Counted from the first letter of the stretch, positions 1 to 9,231 are shown. The stretch: 64,000 nucleotides of DNA from a candidate division WWE3 bacterium (GCA_052035175.1 JBPOHV010000001.1:105569-169568); one strand, 5' to 3'. A program made the numbers and translations. The notes: generated from the sequence alone by a model not told the origin.

Positions 1-1
1 A

Positions 2-1195
2 AAAACAATTTTGAGTGAGTCTTTTGCAGCGATATTAAATCAAACATTTTCTCTCAAGAATGTAGTTTTGGTTTATTCTGTAGAAGAAAAATATTCAGAG
101 CGAGTTTTATCAGATTTGCATGAAATTACAGATCCCCATGCTGGGCTTTTTTCAAAGATATTATTTTATGTGCATCCCCAAAATATAGAAGGGGAGGCTC
201 GTGGTGTTGCAGGCGCAAACAGAAATTGGGGAGCAAAACACGCAGTCTCAGAATTATTTGAAGCGCATGAAAATTTACGCAATTATTTATTTTTGACATA
301 CGATGCCGACAGTGTGCTTGATAAGCAATTTCTATCTCGGTTGGTGCATTTATATTTAACTTCAGATAAGCGCGACAACAAATTTTATTCTACAGCTGTA
401 CATCTTTTTAACAATAATATTTGGAATGTTCCTATGTTGATGCGCATAGAGGCAAACATGGTTACACTTGGTTCTTTGTCTGATTGGGTAACAACATCAA
501 AAAGAGTTAAAGACACTTTTTCTTGTTATGCTGCATCATTAAACACTTTGATTGCTGCTAATTATTGGGATTCTCAGCTTGGAATAGACGACACGATCTT
601 TTATTGGCGAGCTTTTTTTGCACGTAATGGTGATTTTGAGGGAGCTGAGCATTATATTCCTTACTCTGCCGATGCAGTGCAAGCAGAGACTTATGCAAAA
701 TCACACGTTAGCATGTACAAACAACTTTTGCGCTGGGGATGGGGTGTTATATCATTACCACTTTCTATGACCGAATTTTTGAAACGTAAAAATATTCCAT
801 TTAGTATTAAATTACATTGGTTTATCAAACATATCGAAATGAAAGTCGTCATGATCACTGTTGTGTTCTTGATGACATTTGGAATATCTCTTGCGACTTT
901 GATAAATCCTCATGCAAGACAGCTAAATTTGGTCTATAGTTTACCAAATCTGATGAGCATGATTTTGACTTTCACAATGTTTCTGTTGATTCCTGTTACG
1001 TACTATCGCTTGGCTCTGATAAAACCTATGCCAAAAAACTGGAACATACTAAAAAAGTTTCTTGTATTTATGGAAGGTCCACTTGTGATAGTCAATTTGT
1101 TTACTTATTCTTTTCTACCTTGGATCGAAGCTCAGACTCGGATGATGTTGGGTAAAAAGATGGTGAATTTGCACTATACACAAAAACAACGCTAA
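2..1195 (+). CDS. Family-2 glycosyltransferase (processive beta-glycosyltransferase-like). Truncated at the 5' end by the window edge.
   Basis: The ORF is open back to position 2 with no stop; the track start at 11 is a TTG. DxD-like motif YDADSV and QxxRW-like motif QLLRWGWG, followed by several C-terminal TM helices. Confidence 0.55.
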   Translation, partial: KTILSESFAAILNQTFSLKNVVLVYSVEEKYSERVLSDLHEITDPHAGLFSKILFYVHPQNIEGEARGVAGANRNWGAKHAVSELFEAHENLRNYLFLTYDADSVLDKQFLSRLVHLYLTSDKRDNKFYSTAVHLFNNNIWNVPMLMRIEANMVTLGSLSDWVTTSKRVKDTFSCYAASLNTLIAANYWDSQLGIDDTIFYWRAFFARNGDFEGAEHYIPYSADAVQAETYAKSHVSMYKQLLRWGWGVISLPLSMTEFLKRKNIPFSIKLHWFIKHIEMKVVMITVVFLMTFGISLATLINPHARQLNLVYSLPNLMSMILTFTMFLLIPVTYYRLALIKPMPKNWNILKKFLVFMEGPLVIVNLFTYSFLPWIEAQTRMMLGKKMVNLHYTQKQR

Positions 1196-1212
1196 TATGA
1201 GATACACATCAT

Positions 1213-2709
1213 ATGTCAAAATTTTTTAACAAAATTTATTTATATAGATTTCTTACATTCTTACAGAACACATCAAAAAATTCATTGTCACCTATTTTGA
1301 TCGTAAACACTATTATTATTGTGTTTCAATTTATTTATTTAAAGCTGCGCTGGACTTTCATTTCAGCAGAGATTCCTTTTTGGTACACAAAGCCATGGGG
1401 GCTTGCGCAACTGAGTCATAAAGAAAATTTATTTTACATTCCTGGTATATCCACTTTGTTTGTAATCTTTGGTGTTGTTTTTTTAATCTTGCTGCATAAA
1501 GCATTTGTCACACATGTGTATAAAACTGTTTTTGTAATAACAACTTTGTGTAATTTACTTTTGACATTTTCATTGCTCAGAATAATCTTTGTATCGTCTA
1601 CACCTTTCACACCATTGATAAACCCTTTGTATGTAGACTTGTTTATCCCATTTTTAATAGCATTTTTGGGAGTGTATTTGTTAACGCCGGTATTTATAGA
1701 CATATATAAGAAATACGGTTTGATTACAAACCCTCGGGTACATACTCATCCCGGAATGGCGTTGAAAGATGCATCGGCACGAGGCGGTGGTTTCATTTTT
1801 GTTGTTGTTTTTATTTTGGTTGCGTCAGTATTTGTCGGGTTTATAAATAAACAAGTCGTTGGTATTTTTTTGTCAGTTTTGTTACTTGCTTTATTGGGCT
1901 TATTCGATGATTATCAAAATACGCACCCAAATACGCAGATGCGTATTTTAGAAAATCCGGCATTGCGTTTACTTTTGATGATATCTATTGTTTCCATTGT
2001 TGTGTTGTCTGGTGTAAGTATAGATAGTGTTACTACTTTGCCTTGGGGTTTGGGCAACTTGACGCTCTTCCCACACTTAAATGACATTTTCACGATTATT
2101 TGGATTGTTTGGGTTTTGAATGTGTTGTCATGGTCAAACGGAATTGATGGTCAATACAATGGTGTTGTAGGAGTTGCTTTGTTGATACTTTTAATCTTGG
2201 CATTAAGATTTGTTCCTCTTGAGGATATCAATGTTAAATATGCCACACTGGCTGCAATTGCTTCTGGTGCTGCATTTGGATTTACAAAATATGTTTGGTA
2301 TCCGTCAAAAATTATGTGGGGATTTGGCGCAGTTTGTGCAGGTTTGATTTTGTCTAGCTTATCAATTTTGATCAGTGCAAAAATCACAGTTTCTGTATTG
2401 ATAATTTTGATTCCCTTTTTGGATGCTGTAGTTTCAGTTATTAGGAGATTATTACAAAGAAAGAATCCGTTGAAAGGCGATAGATTTCATTTACATCATT
2501 TGCTTATGTTACGTGGCTGGTCTGTACCGAGAGTGGCTATATTTTATTGGTCTACCACAATTTTATTTGGTTCTATTGCCCTTTTTTCGTCTGAAAAGAT
2601 GTTACTTCAGTTGGCTTTGATCTTAGTTGGGTTCGTTGGTTCTATTATTGTTGTATTGAACGTAATAACAACAAGATTGCAACAGCAGAAGCAACTACCT
2701 GAGTCGTAA
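1213..2709 (+). CDS. Polyprenyl-phosphate sugar-1-phosphate transferase (GT4, MraY/WecA family) with an extra N-terminal membrane domain.
   Basis: GLFDDYQN (DD motif) and NVLSWSNGIDGQYNG (NxxNxxDGxDG-like) motifs in a polytopic membrane protein of 498 aa. Confidence 0.55.
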   Translation: MSKFFNKIYLYRFLTFLQNTSKNSLSPILIVNTIIIVFQFIYLKLRWTFISAEIPFWYTKPWGLAQLSHKENLFYIPGISTLFVIFGVVFLILLHKAFVTHVYKTVFVITTLCNLLLTFSLLRIIFVSSTPFTPLINPLYVDLFIPFLIAFLGVYLLTPVFIDIYKKYGLITNPRVHTHPGMALKDASARGGGFIFVVVFILVASVFVGFINKQVVGIFLSVLLLALLGLFDDYQNTHPNTQMRILENPALRLLLMISIVSIVVLSGVSIDSVTTLPWGLGNLTLFPHLNDIFTIIWIVWVLNVLSWSNGIDGQYNGVVGVALLILLILALRFVPLEDINVKYATLAAIASGAAFGFTKYVWYPSKIMWGFGAVCAGLILSSLSILISAKITVSVLIILIPFLDAVVSVIRRLLQRKNPLKGDRFHLHHLLMLRGWSVPRVAIFYWSTTILFGSIALFSSEKMLLQLALILVGFVGSIIVVLNVITTRLQQQKQLPES

Positions 2710-3121
2710 TCCCAACGAAAAACCCCGCGCGTGTTTGTAATTTACTTTGTATTGCATGCATTATCGTAAATAATGCGTTTGGATTTTTTAAATAAAGCCA
2801 CGGTCCTGTAAGCACATCAGGTAGTACAGAAGCGATTCCGCATACGAACACATTTAGCGCAAGAGAGGTGTCGTGTAATACCCATAACGCATATAATGTG
2901 GCAGCTGTTCCAATGGCTACACCAATAGCCAAATCAGCCATAACTGCAAGCGGTCGCCAGCCTTCTTTACGATTTTCTTTAGGTACATTCGTATAAAAAT
3001 CCCAATGCGGTACTACGTCATAAACAAAGTGCATTACAAAAGACAATGGTGCGGCGATCAAAGGATTTGGAATCAATGTCGCTATGGCAATCCCAGTAAG
3101 TGTGTGTGGTATTAATAACAT
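2645..3121 (-). CDS. Hypothetical integral membrane protein.
   Basis: 158-aa ORF with several predicted TM helices. Convergent with the previous gene, with a 65-nt overlap of the 3' ends. Confidence 0.35.
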   Translation of the reverse strand: MLLIPHTLTGIAIATLIPNPLIAAPLSFVMHFVYDVVPHWDFYTNVPKENRKEGWRPLAVMADLAIGVAIGTAATLYALWVLHDTSLALNVFVCGIASVLPDVLTGPWLYLKNPNALFTIMHAIQSKLQTRAGFFVGITTQVVASAVAILLLLRSIQQ

Positions 3122-3180
3122 ATGCCTAAAATAGTACAGTATTTGCTTTGATAATTCTAATATTCTACAATGTTGCTATT

Positions 3181-3849
3181 ATGAGGATTCTTCTTATCGA
3201 AGACGATCCTGCCTATTTAGACCTTATTATAGATAACGTTAAAGATTCGTTTGTAGTGGATGCAGCCTTTGATAGTAGTGATGCGTCTTATTTATCAGAA
3301 ATCAATGATTATGATTTGATATATGTAGACAATTCATTGCCAGATAAACCAGGTATAACTGTTTGTCAAAGACTGCGCGATCGTGAAATTAGCTCACCAA
3401 TATTGTTCGCATATGATAGTAACTTACAGAGTTTGAGAACGCTTTCATTAGAGTATGGTGCTGATCTATCATTACAGAAACCTTTTAACTCTCGCGATTT
3501 GAGAGCAAATATCCAATCGCTTTTACGTCGCAAGTACGGTTCTTTTTCTTCCAATTTTAAATACAAACATTTAGAAGTAGATTTGATGAAAAAGTCTGTG
3601 CGTGTATCGGGTAACTCTATTGTAATAAGACGTAAGGAGTATGAAATATTGGAGTATCTAATCATAAATAAAGGCAAAGTTGTAGGACAAGAAGAGTTGA
3701 TAGAGCATTTATGGCGACCGGGTACTTATAACCTATCAAATGTACTTGAAGTCCACATCAAAAACTTGAGAGATAAGATAGATAGACCTTATGGTACCAA
3801 GATAATAACAACTGTTTATGGACTAGGATACAAAATATCTGTAGGATAG
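3181..3849 (+). CDS. OmpR-family response regulator (receiver domain plus winged-helix DNA-binding domain).
   Basis: MRILLIEDD receiver N-terminus with a conserved Asp region, and a C-terminal winged helix (LEVHIKNLRDKID...YGLGYKI). Start moved to the ATG at 3181. Confidence 0.7.
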   Translation: MRILLIEDDPAYLDLIIDNVKDSFVVDAAFDSSDASYLSEINDYDLIYVDNSLPDKPGITVCQRLRDREISSPILFAYDSNLQSLRTLSLEYGADLSLQKPFNSRDLRANIQSLLRRKYGSFSSNFKYKHLEVDLMKKSVRVSGNSIVIRRKEYEILEYLIINKGKVVGQEELIEHLWRPGTYNLSNVLEVHIKNLRDKIDRPYGTKIITTVYGLGYKISVG

Positions 3850-3853
3850 CATT

Positions 3854-4807
3854 ATGATAATGTATTTATATCACATACTAAGGACAGCGCGACCACGACA
3901 ATGGCTAAAGAACGGTGCGGTTTTTGCTGCTCCTTTTTTTGTCGGCACGTTGCTTGATGCTGATACATTTACAACCTCAGTTTATGCCTTCATTTCGTTT
4001 TGTGCTTTGGCTTCTGGTATATACTTTTTGAATGATGTTGTCGATGTTACCAAAGACAAATCGCACCCTGTAAAAAAGAATCGTGCTATTGCTTCAGGCA
4101 AAGTTTCTACAAACTCTGCGCTTTGTATAAGCGCTGTACTAATATCTAGTTCTGTTATTTTTGCTGCGCAGACAGTAGGTAATTTTTTTGCATTCACATT
4201 ACTTGGTTACTTAGCGCTTATGTTGTCTTACGTTTTTTATTTTCGAAACGTAATTATTTTGGATTCGTTGGTTATTGCCACGGGGTTTGTTTTTAGAGTT
4301 ATTGCAGGGGGAATTGCGACAACTACCTCCATATCTTCTTGGCTTGCACTGACCACTATTGGTATTTCATTGCTTTTGGCTTTTGGTAAACGTAGGTCAG
4401 AAAAAACATTATTGAAGCAATATACCAGTACTACTGAAGACATAAAAACTCGTGAAACACTCAGACATTACCCAGATACACTTTTGGACAGTATGATTTC
4501 TATGTCTGCAACTTACACAATTATTACTTACTCGTTATTCACTTTTCAAATCTCTGAAGATTTTGATGGCAAAGTAGTTTTGAGCTACCTCCCATCAATC
4601 CTGAGAAGTCCCAAACTTATGATGTTGACTATTCCGTTTGTAATTTATGGTGTAGCACGCTATTTATATGTAGTTTATGAAAAGAAAGAAGGCGAATCTC
4701 CAGAAAGAGTTTTACTTTCAGACAAGCCAATGTTGTTTACAATCTTTGCATGGGGCTTTTTTATCTTTGTTTTATTATACCTTCTTCCAGGTATCGATCG
4801 TTTATAG
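3854..4807 (+). CDS. UbiA-family prenyltransferase, decaprenyl-phosphate phosphoribosyltransferase (DPPR synthase)-like.
   Basis: RPRQWLKNGAVFAAPFF...LNDVVDVTKDK (NDxxDxxxD motif), and a polytopic membrane protein. Confidence 0.6.
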   Translation: MIMYLYHILRTARPRQWLKNGAVFAAPFFVGTLLDADTFTTSVYAFISFCALASGIYFLNDVVDVTKDKSHPVKKNRAIASGKVSTNSALCISAVLISSSVIFAAQTVGNFFAFTLLGYLALMLSYVFYFRNVIILDSLVIATGFVFRVIAGGIATTTSISSWLALTTIGISLLLAFGKRRSEKTLLKQYTSTTEDIKTRETLRHYPDTLLDSMISMSATYTIITYSLFTFQISEDFDGKVVLSYLPSILRSPKLMMLTIPFVIYGVARYLYVVYEKKEGESPERVLLSDKPMLFTIFAWGFFIFVLLYLLPGIDRL

Positions 4808-5000
4808 GCGCGTATCTAACAGAATTTGTTGATTCTTTTATACCCTGTGTGTTGTAATCATTTCTTTGTGATTGTGTAGAAAGTACATTATTCGGAGAAT
4901 GCGTATTGCTTATGTTCACCCATCCAATCGCCCCGATAGGCAAAGCAAGTACAGCGATAAGCAATATTAACAATAAAGTATCCATGACCATTCTTTGCAT
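4761..5000 (-). CDS. Small hypothetical membrane protein.
   Basis: 79-aa ORF with an N-terminal TM helix. Overlaps the 3' end of the UbiA gene. Weak support. Confidence 0.2.
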   Translation of the reverse strand: MQRMVMDTLLLILLIAVLALPIGAIGWVNISNTHSPNNVLSTQSQRNDYNTQGIKESTNSVRYAPINDRYLEEGIIKQR

Positions 5001-5001
5001 A

Positions 5002-5544
5002 TTACTCTGCTTTCCACCCTTGAAAATTTGATGATTTGTTTAAATCTATTTCATTTTCTACATCGATAACAAGGAGCGCTGTGGCTATTATGGTTAGTAT
5101 CAAGCTTGTATAAAATACCCATGATTCTACGGCATTATAGACTAACATTAAGCCAGAAATTGCTGTGAGTAAGTATGAAAATAAAAGCCAGATTGTTGCG
5201 TATGAATAAAGATCAAATGAATTATCGATTATAGCGCTGAGGTTGAGAGAAAATAGTTTTGCAGTAAGTCCTGGTTTTATATGCGTATCATGAAATATAA
5301 AAGCTTTTAGTAATACGTAAACAAGTGCTATAGCAAGTACTGCTATCATAGCAAAAAGTGAGTAAGTGTTAGCGATCTTGTATTCGCTTGCGCTTTCAAA
5401 AACAAAACCATTTTGGCTCATACTTATATTGAAGCCGTAATACTTACTTACTCCGATGAGAAATGCAAATCTGACACTTAGCAGTGTGAGTGCAGGCACT
5501 ATTGCTTGATCTATAAGTTTTACCAAAATCTTAGAAAATTTCAT
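5002..5544 (-). CDS. Hypothetical polytopic membrane protein.
   Basis: 180-aa ORF with several TM helices and no recognisable motifs. Confidence 0.4.
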   Translation of the reverse strand: MKFSKILVKLIDQAIVPALTLLSVRFAFLIGVSKYYGFNISMSQNGFVFESASEYKIANTYSLFAMIAVLAIALVYVLLKAFIFHDTHIKPGLTAKLFSLNLSAIIDNSFDLYSYATIWLLFSYLLTAISGLMLVYNAVESWVFYTSLILTIIATALLVIDVENEIDLNKSSNFQGWKAE

Positions 5545-5569
5545 GGCAGGTTGATATGATAATACTATT

Positions 5570-6880
5570 ATGCAGAAAGTTCAGTCAATGTCAGTATTTT
5601 TTCTTTATGCACTATTAGCATTTATTACACCTATTATTGTATTACCTTTGACTCGTGAAGCATATGAGTTTCCAAAGCTGACGTTTGTCTATTTAATATT
5701 TTGTGTAATAGCCGCCATATTCATTTTGAGTGGTAAGTATTTGGGACTGAAAAAAGAAAAAGTTGCAAAGGTTGCACATGAACGTGAATCTGCCTTGGAA
5801 ACAAGGTTCGTGCTTAACTTTGGGGGGCTGCGTGACCATTGGCTTATATATCTGAGTTTGCTTTTTTTGATTGTAAATGTCGTATCGGTTGCTATCAATT
5901 TTTTTAGCGGGGATTTACATTTGTATACAGCAGTTTGGGGGTATTATGGGAGATATAATGGTGGTTTAGCTTCGCTTTTTGTTTATACTTTTTTGTTTTT
6001 AATCTCTATTAGCTTTTTAAAAAAGAAAGATTTTGATAATCTGTTAAATTTGGCACTATTTTCTACAGTTCCTATATGTTTGTATGCATTTATCCAAAAA
6101 ATAGGATTTGTAGATATAGACGGTATACGTTTGTATTCAACTTTTGGACAACCCAATTGGTTAGCGTCATATTTAGTCTTTTTTATACCTATAGTTTTAT
6201 ACAGAGCATTGCTTGGTAGTTATAGGATACTTTGGTTTTGTCTGAGCTTGGTTTTGTTTGCAGTAGTATGGTTAACTTTTTCATTATCTGGTTTGTTGGG
6301 AGTGATTTGTGGTGTGGCCTATTTACTTTTGAGCATTAGGCATAAATTTGCAAAAAAATATTGGCTTGCCGGTTTAGTTACTCTGTTGCTTGTGCTAGGT
6401 TTTTCAACTTTGTTTTCTACACTTATGCAACAAAAACTGCACGATGCATTAATTGTTATTTTCAACCCATCTCCACAGCACTATGCTTTATCAGACCCGG
6501 GCTTTATTAGACTTTCTGTATGGCAAAGCACAGTCAAAATGTACACTCAAGATTTAAAAACAGTTTTATTTGGAATTGGCCCAGAACAATTTGTTTATCA
6601 GTTGCCATTTTTTAGAGCAAATTCGCTAAATTATTCTTCTGAGTGGGATTTTGTAATAAATAAACCACACAATTATTTCTTGGAGATATTGGTAGAAACG
6701 GGTTTGCTTGGCTTAGTAGTGTTTTGTTTGATTGTAATTGAATTATTTAAAAGACTAGATGGTCAAACTGTCGCGGGGTTTGTAGGTTTGTTGGTAGCAT
6801 TATTTTTTGGTTGGCCGGTTGTAAGTCTTGAGATTATTTTTTGGGTTGTGTTGTTAGGAAGAGCATGTATAAAAGATTAG
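5570..6880 (+). CDS. O-antigen ligase/polymerase-like multi-pass membrane protein.
   Basis: 436 aa with about 10-12 TM helices and a central loop, architecture typical of the Wzy/WaaL family. No catalytic motif verified. Confidence 0.45.
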   Translation: MQKVQSMSVFFLYALLAFITPIIVLPLTREAYEFPKLTFVYLIFCVIAAIFILSGKYLGLKKEKVAKVAHERESALETRFVLNFGGLRDHWLIYLSLLFLIVNVVSVAINFFSGDLHLYTAVWGYYGRYNGGLASLFVYTFLFLISISFLKKKDFDNLLNLALFSTVPICLYAFIQKIGFVDIDGIRLYSTFGQPNWLASYLVFFIPIVLYRALLGSYRILWFCLSLVLFAVVWLTFSLSGLLGVICGVAYLLLSIRHKFAKKYWLAGLVTLLLVLGFSTLFSTLMQQKLHDALIVIFNPSPQHYALSDPGFIRLSVWQSTVKMYTQDLKTVLFGIGPEQFVYQLPFFRANSLNYSSEWDFVINKPHNYFLEILVETGLLGLVVFCLIVIELFKRLDGQTVAGFVGLLVALFFGWPVVSLEIIFWVVLLGRACIKD

Positions 6881-7440
6881 GTATTAAAGTTTCATTACTA
6901 ACTTTGGTAGTTTTATTTGCAACATTTGTTGTGCGCATGTATTTGGCAGATGTTTACATGGTCAAAGCGCGTAGCTTTTTTGATACGTCAGATTATAAAC
7001 AAGTTATTAAATATGCCGACAAAGCTAGTGCTCACAACAACTTGGAACCAAGCTATTACGTATATCGTGCCAACGCTGTAGTATTGCAAACATTAACCCT
7101 CAAGCCAGAAGTAGCTGCATATTTGAAGTTGCAAGCATTAGCCGATATAGAATATGCGATTAGTTTAAATAAAATCAACTTGGTAACTTTGAGAAACTCT
7201 TTGCCAGTTTATTTTTATATGGCATACAATGCTGCAGCCGACTATTCATATAGTGATGACTACTTTTTACAACAAACCCACGCATACCTGGCAAAGTTGA
7301 AAACGGATTATTCAAATGATGCTGGTGTGCTGGTAGAGATTGCAGAAATTGAAAACTCACTCTCTATGCAAAACGAATACAAGGAGACTATAGAATTGAT
7401 TAGAGAACTTCGCCCAGACTTGCTGGAATGGAAATTGTAG
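6865..7440 (+). CDS. Hypothetical membrane-anchored protein.
   Basis: ORF with one N-terminal TM helix. Start chosen at MYKRL, overlapping the upstream gene end by 16 nt. Confidence 0.4.
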   Translation: MYKRLGIKVSLLTLVVLFATFVVRMYLADVYMVKARSFFDTSDYKQVIKYADKASAHNNLEPSYYVYRANAVVLQTLTLKPEVAAYLKLQALADIEYAISLNKINLVTLRNSLPVYFYMAYNAAADYSYSDDYFLQQTHAYLAKLKTDYSNDAGVLVEIAEIENSLSMQNEYKETIELIRELRPDLLEWKL

Positions 7441-7441
7441 T

Positions 7442-8593
7442 TTATTTAACTTCTGCGTAAGTCGCTGATACCCAGCCTTGTATAGTATCTGATACTTTTA
7501 TTTTGATCCATTCGGTTTGTTCTTCTAAAACTGGATATTTCTCACCAGTGTTAACTTTTGCAAGTTCTTTACCATTTGTATTTGGCAAATCTCTTACTCG
7601 TAACCATCCAAGGCCGGTTTCTAATATAGTTGCGTACTTGCTGGCTGTAATTCCAGATTTGACCAGCTCCAAAGATTTCACTGCTTCTGTAGTTAGGGCT
7701 GTATCGTCTTTGGATTTGTTTAAATATGCACCATTATCAGTTTTTGTAATCTTTTCTTTAATTTGTTCACTTGTGATACGCGCGCCTGTATTATCATAAA
7801 TATTACCTTTATAATCTACAAAGTAATCAAAAAAGCGGTCTTTCTTTATACCTTGTTCGGCGATGCTAAGACCTCGCGTATCATTCCAGTATAAAATCGC
7901 TTTTATCCAGTTGTCTGTATCATTTGCTGCATTTGAGTCTAACGTATAAACGTTGTACAAGCCTTGTGCGTCTTTGAATGTTTCTATTCGTGCTTGAGTA
8001 GGTGTGGGGAATAATTTCATAGACACGTTTAATGTGTAATCTTTTTTGATATTGAGCCTTGCGGTTTGTGCTTCGTATCCTGCAAGTTCAACTCGTATGT
8101 TATAGCTTCCATCAGTTAATTTATTTGAAGTATAAGGTGTTTTGCCTACATCTGTATTGTCAATAAAAACGCTTGCGTTTGATGGCGACGTAACTATACG
8201 TAAGATGTCTCCTGATTCGCTTGGTTCAAACCAAAATTCTTGGCCTGATGAAAATGTATCAGACACGCCTAAATCTCTAAATATTCCTACGTTGTGTATG
8301 TACCTTTTATTATTTGCCAAAAAGTTTATAGCTGTTTCGTATTGTCGTGTGTCAGTTTTCAATGTTATCTTGTTTTCGCCTGGTTTTATGTCTGTAGATT
8401 CAAATGGTGTTGCGCCAACGTATGCACCGTTTATATAAACTTCGGCTTTTTTATTTGAACTGTCTACTGATATCGCTGCTTTGCTTTTTATGCTGACCAA
8501 TGTTTTTACAAGATCTCCACCAAAGTAAACCAAAAGGCCTACTGCGATGATGCCTACGAGGTAAATAAGAAAGTTTTTAACCTTGGGATTCAT
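7442..8593 (-). CDS. Protein with two PEGA domains and a C-terminal SH3b-like domain; N-terminal membrane anchor.
   Basis: Two PEGA-like repeats (VYINGAYVGATPF and VFIDNTDVGKTPY) and an SH3b-like C-terminus (GEKYPVLEEQTEWIKIKV...GWVSATYAEV). Confidence 0.55.
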   Translation of the reverse strand: MNPKVKNFLIYLVGIIAVGLLVYFGGDLVKTLVSIKSKAAISVDSSNKKAEVYINGAYVGATPFESTDIKPGENKITLKTDTRQYETAINFLANNKRYIHNVGIFRDLGVSDTFSSGQEFWFEPSESGDILRIVTSPSNASVFIDNTDVGKTPYTSNKLTDGSYNIRVELAGYEAQTARLNIKKDYTLNVSMKLFPTPTQARIETFKDAQGLYNVYTLDSNAANDTDNWIKAILYWNDTRGLSIAEQGIKKDRFFDYFVDYKGNIYDNTGARITSEQIKEKITKTDNGAYLNKSKDDTALTTEAVKSLELVKSGITASKYATILETGLGWLRVRDLPNTNGKELAKVNTGEKYPVLEEQTEWIKIKVSDTIQGWVSATYAEVK

Positions 8594-8639
8594 ATTTAAA
8601 ATAATATCACATGCTATGGTATTCTACGTGATAAAATTG

Positions 8640-8760
8640 GCAAGGTCGCGATAGCGATGTCGCCAAGTTCCGCCAAAGGCGGACAGGGTCCAGGCAAGGG
8701 TCTGCAACCAGCCTGCGACAGGCAGGTCCGCCTTCGGCGGACGATTTCCGTTCATTTCCT
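8640..8760 (+). repeat. Degenerate tRNA-Cys-derived segment: a 5'-half-like copy with a hairpin inserted in the D-loop position, then divergent sequence carrying two more GC hairpins.
   Basis: Shares gtcgccaagt and ggcaagggtctgcaa (through the GCA anticodon) with the intact tRNA-Cys at 9001. Contains hairpins ccgccaaaggcgg, cctgcgacaggcagg and ccgccttcggcgg. GC-rich relative to its flanks. Confidence 0.5.
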
Positions 8761-8762
8761 AT

Positions 8763-9002
8763 ATGTATTATGTTTATATACTTAAACTCAGTGGTAAAAA
8801 ATCAGTGTATATTGGGTTTACTGCAGATTTAGACAGACGCCTTTCTGAACATAAAAGAGGTATAGTAAGATCAACAAGAAAAAACTTTGAAAAGCTGTTA
8901 TATTCTGAGCAGTTTGCTATTAAGGCTGATGCAATGAATAGAGAAAAGTGGTTGAAGAGTGGTGTAGGTAGAGAATGGTTACACAAAGAGTTTAGTGTGT
9001 GA
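8763..9002 (+). CDS. Stand-alone GIY-YIG nuclease-domain protein (UPF0213/YhbQ-like).
   Basis: YVYILKLSGKKSVYIGFTADLDRRLSEHKRG matches the GIY-(10)-YIG motif plus conserved Arg/Glu. The 79-aa size fits stand-alone GIY-YIG proteins. Its TGA stop overlaps the first 2 nt of tRNA-Cys. Confidence 0.65.
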   Translation: MYYVYILKLSGKKSVYIGFTADLDRRLSEHKRGIVRSTRKNFEKLLYSEQFAIKADAMNREKWLKSGVGREWLHKEFSV

Positions 9003-9075
9003 CCTGGTCGCCAAGTGGTAAGGCAAGGGTCTGCAAAACCCTTACACGCGGGTTCGATTCCCGCCCAGGTCTCCA
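9001..9075 (+). tRNA. tRNA-Cys (anticodon GCA), including the encoded CCA.
   Basis: Hand-folded cloverleaf: acceptor GACCTGG/CCAGGTC, anticodon stem AGGGT/ACCCT with loop CTGCAAA, T-arm CGGGTTCGATTCCCG, discriminator T, then CCA. Confidence 0.85.
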
Positions 9076-9089
9076 ATGATAAACAATGA

Positions 9090-9136
9090 GAGTCTGCAAT
9101 CCGCCAAAGGCGGACGATTCCCGCCCAGGTCTCCAA
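9090..9136 (+). repeat. Partial duplicate of the tRNA-Cys anticodon-loop 5' side and 3' end, with the recurring CCGCCAAAGGCGG hairpin replacing the anticodon-stem 3' side through the T-stem.
   Basis: gtctgcaa + tccgccaaaggcgga + cgattcccgcccaggtctccaa. The last 21 nt are identical to tRNA-Cys 9055-9075, giving a direct repeat 60 nt downstream. Confidence 0.55.
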
Positions 9137-9196
9137 ATTATAGGCTTAAATCCGGTTTAACCGTACTATTTAAATATCTCTTCAAAATTGACGTAA

Positions 9197-9231
9197 CCTA
9201 TAGTGAGTGATATAATTTATATCATTATATT
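9197..9231 (+). promoter_or_regulatory. Near-consensus sigma70-type promoter (TTGACG, 17-nt spacer, extended -10 TGATATAAT).
   Basis: Read directly: ttgacg taacctatagtgagtga tataat. It lies about 215 nt upstream of the 9448 ORF, implying a long leader or an sRNA. Confidence 0.4.

Noticed and set aside
8640-9075. Possibility that tRNA-Cys is interrupted by a group I intron carrying the GIY-YIG homing endonuclease.
   Set aside because: The tRNA at 9001-9075 folds as a complete cloverleaf on its own. The upstream pseudo-copy lacks the matching acceptor 5' strand (GACCTGG), so no split exon pair exists. No P/Q/R/S intron core was recognised.
8774-9136. 120-aa minus-strand ORF spanning the GIY-YIG gene and tRNA-Cys.
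   Set aside because: It is antisense to a clear GIY-YIG CDS and runs through the tRNA gene and its GC-rich repeats; the reading frame is kept open by GC-rich sequence rather than by coding signal.
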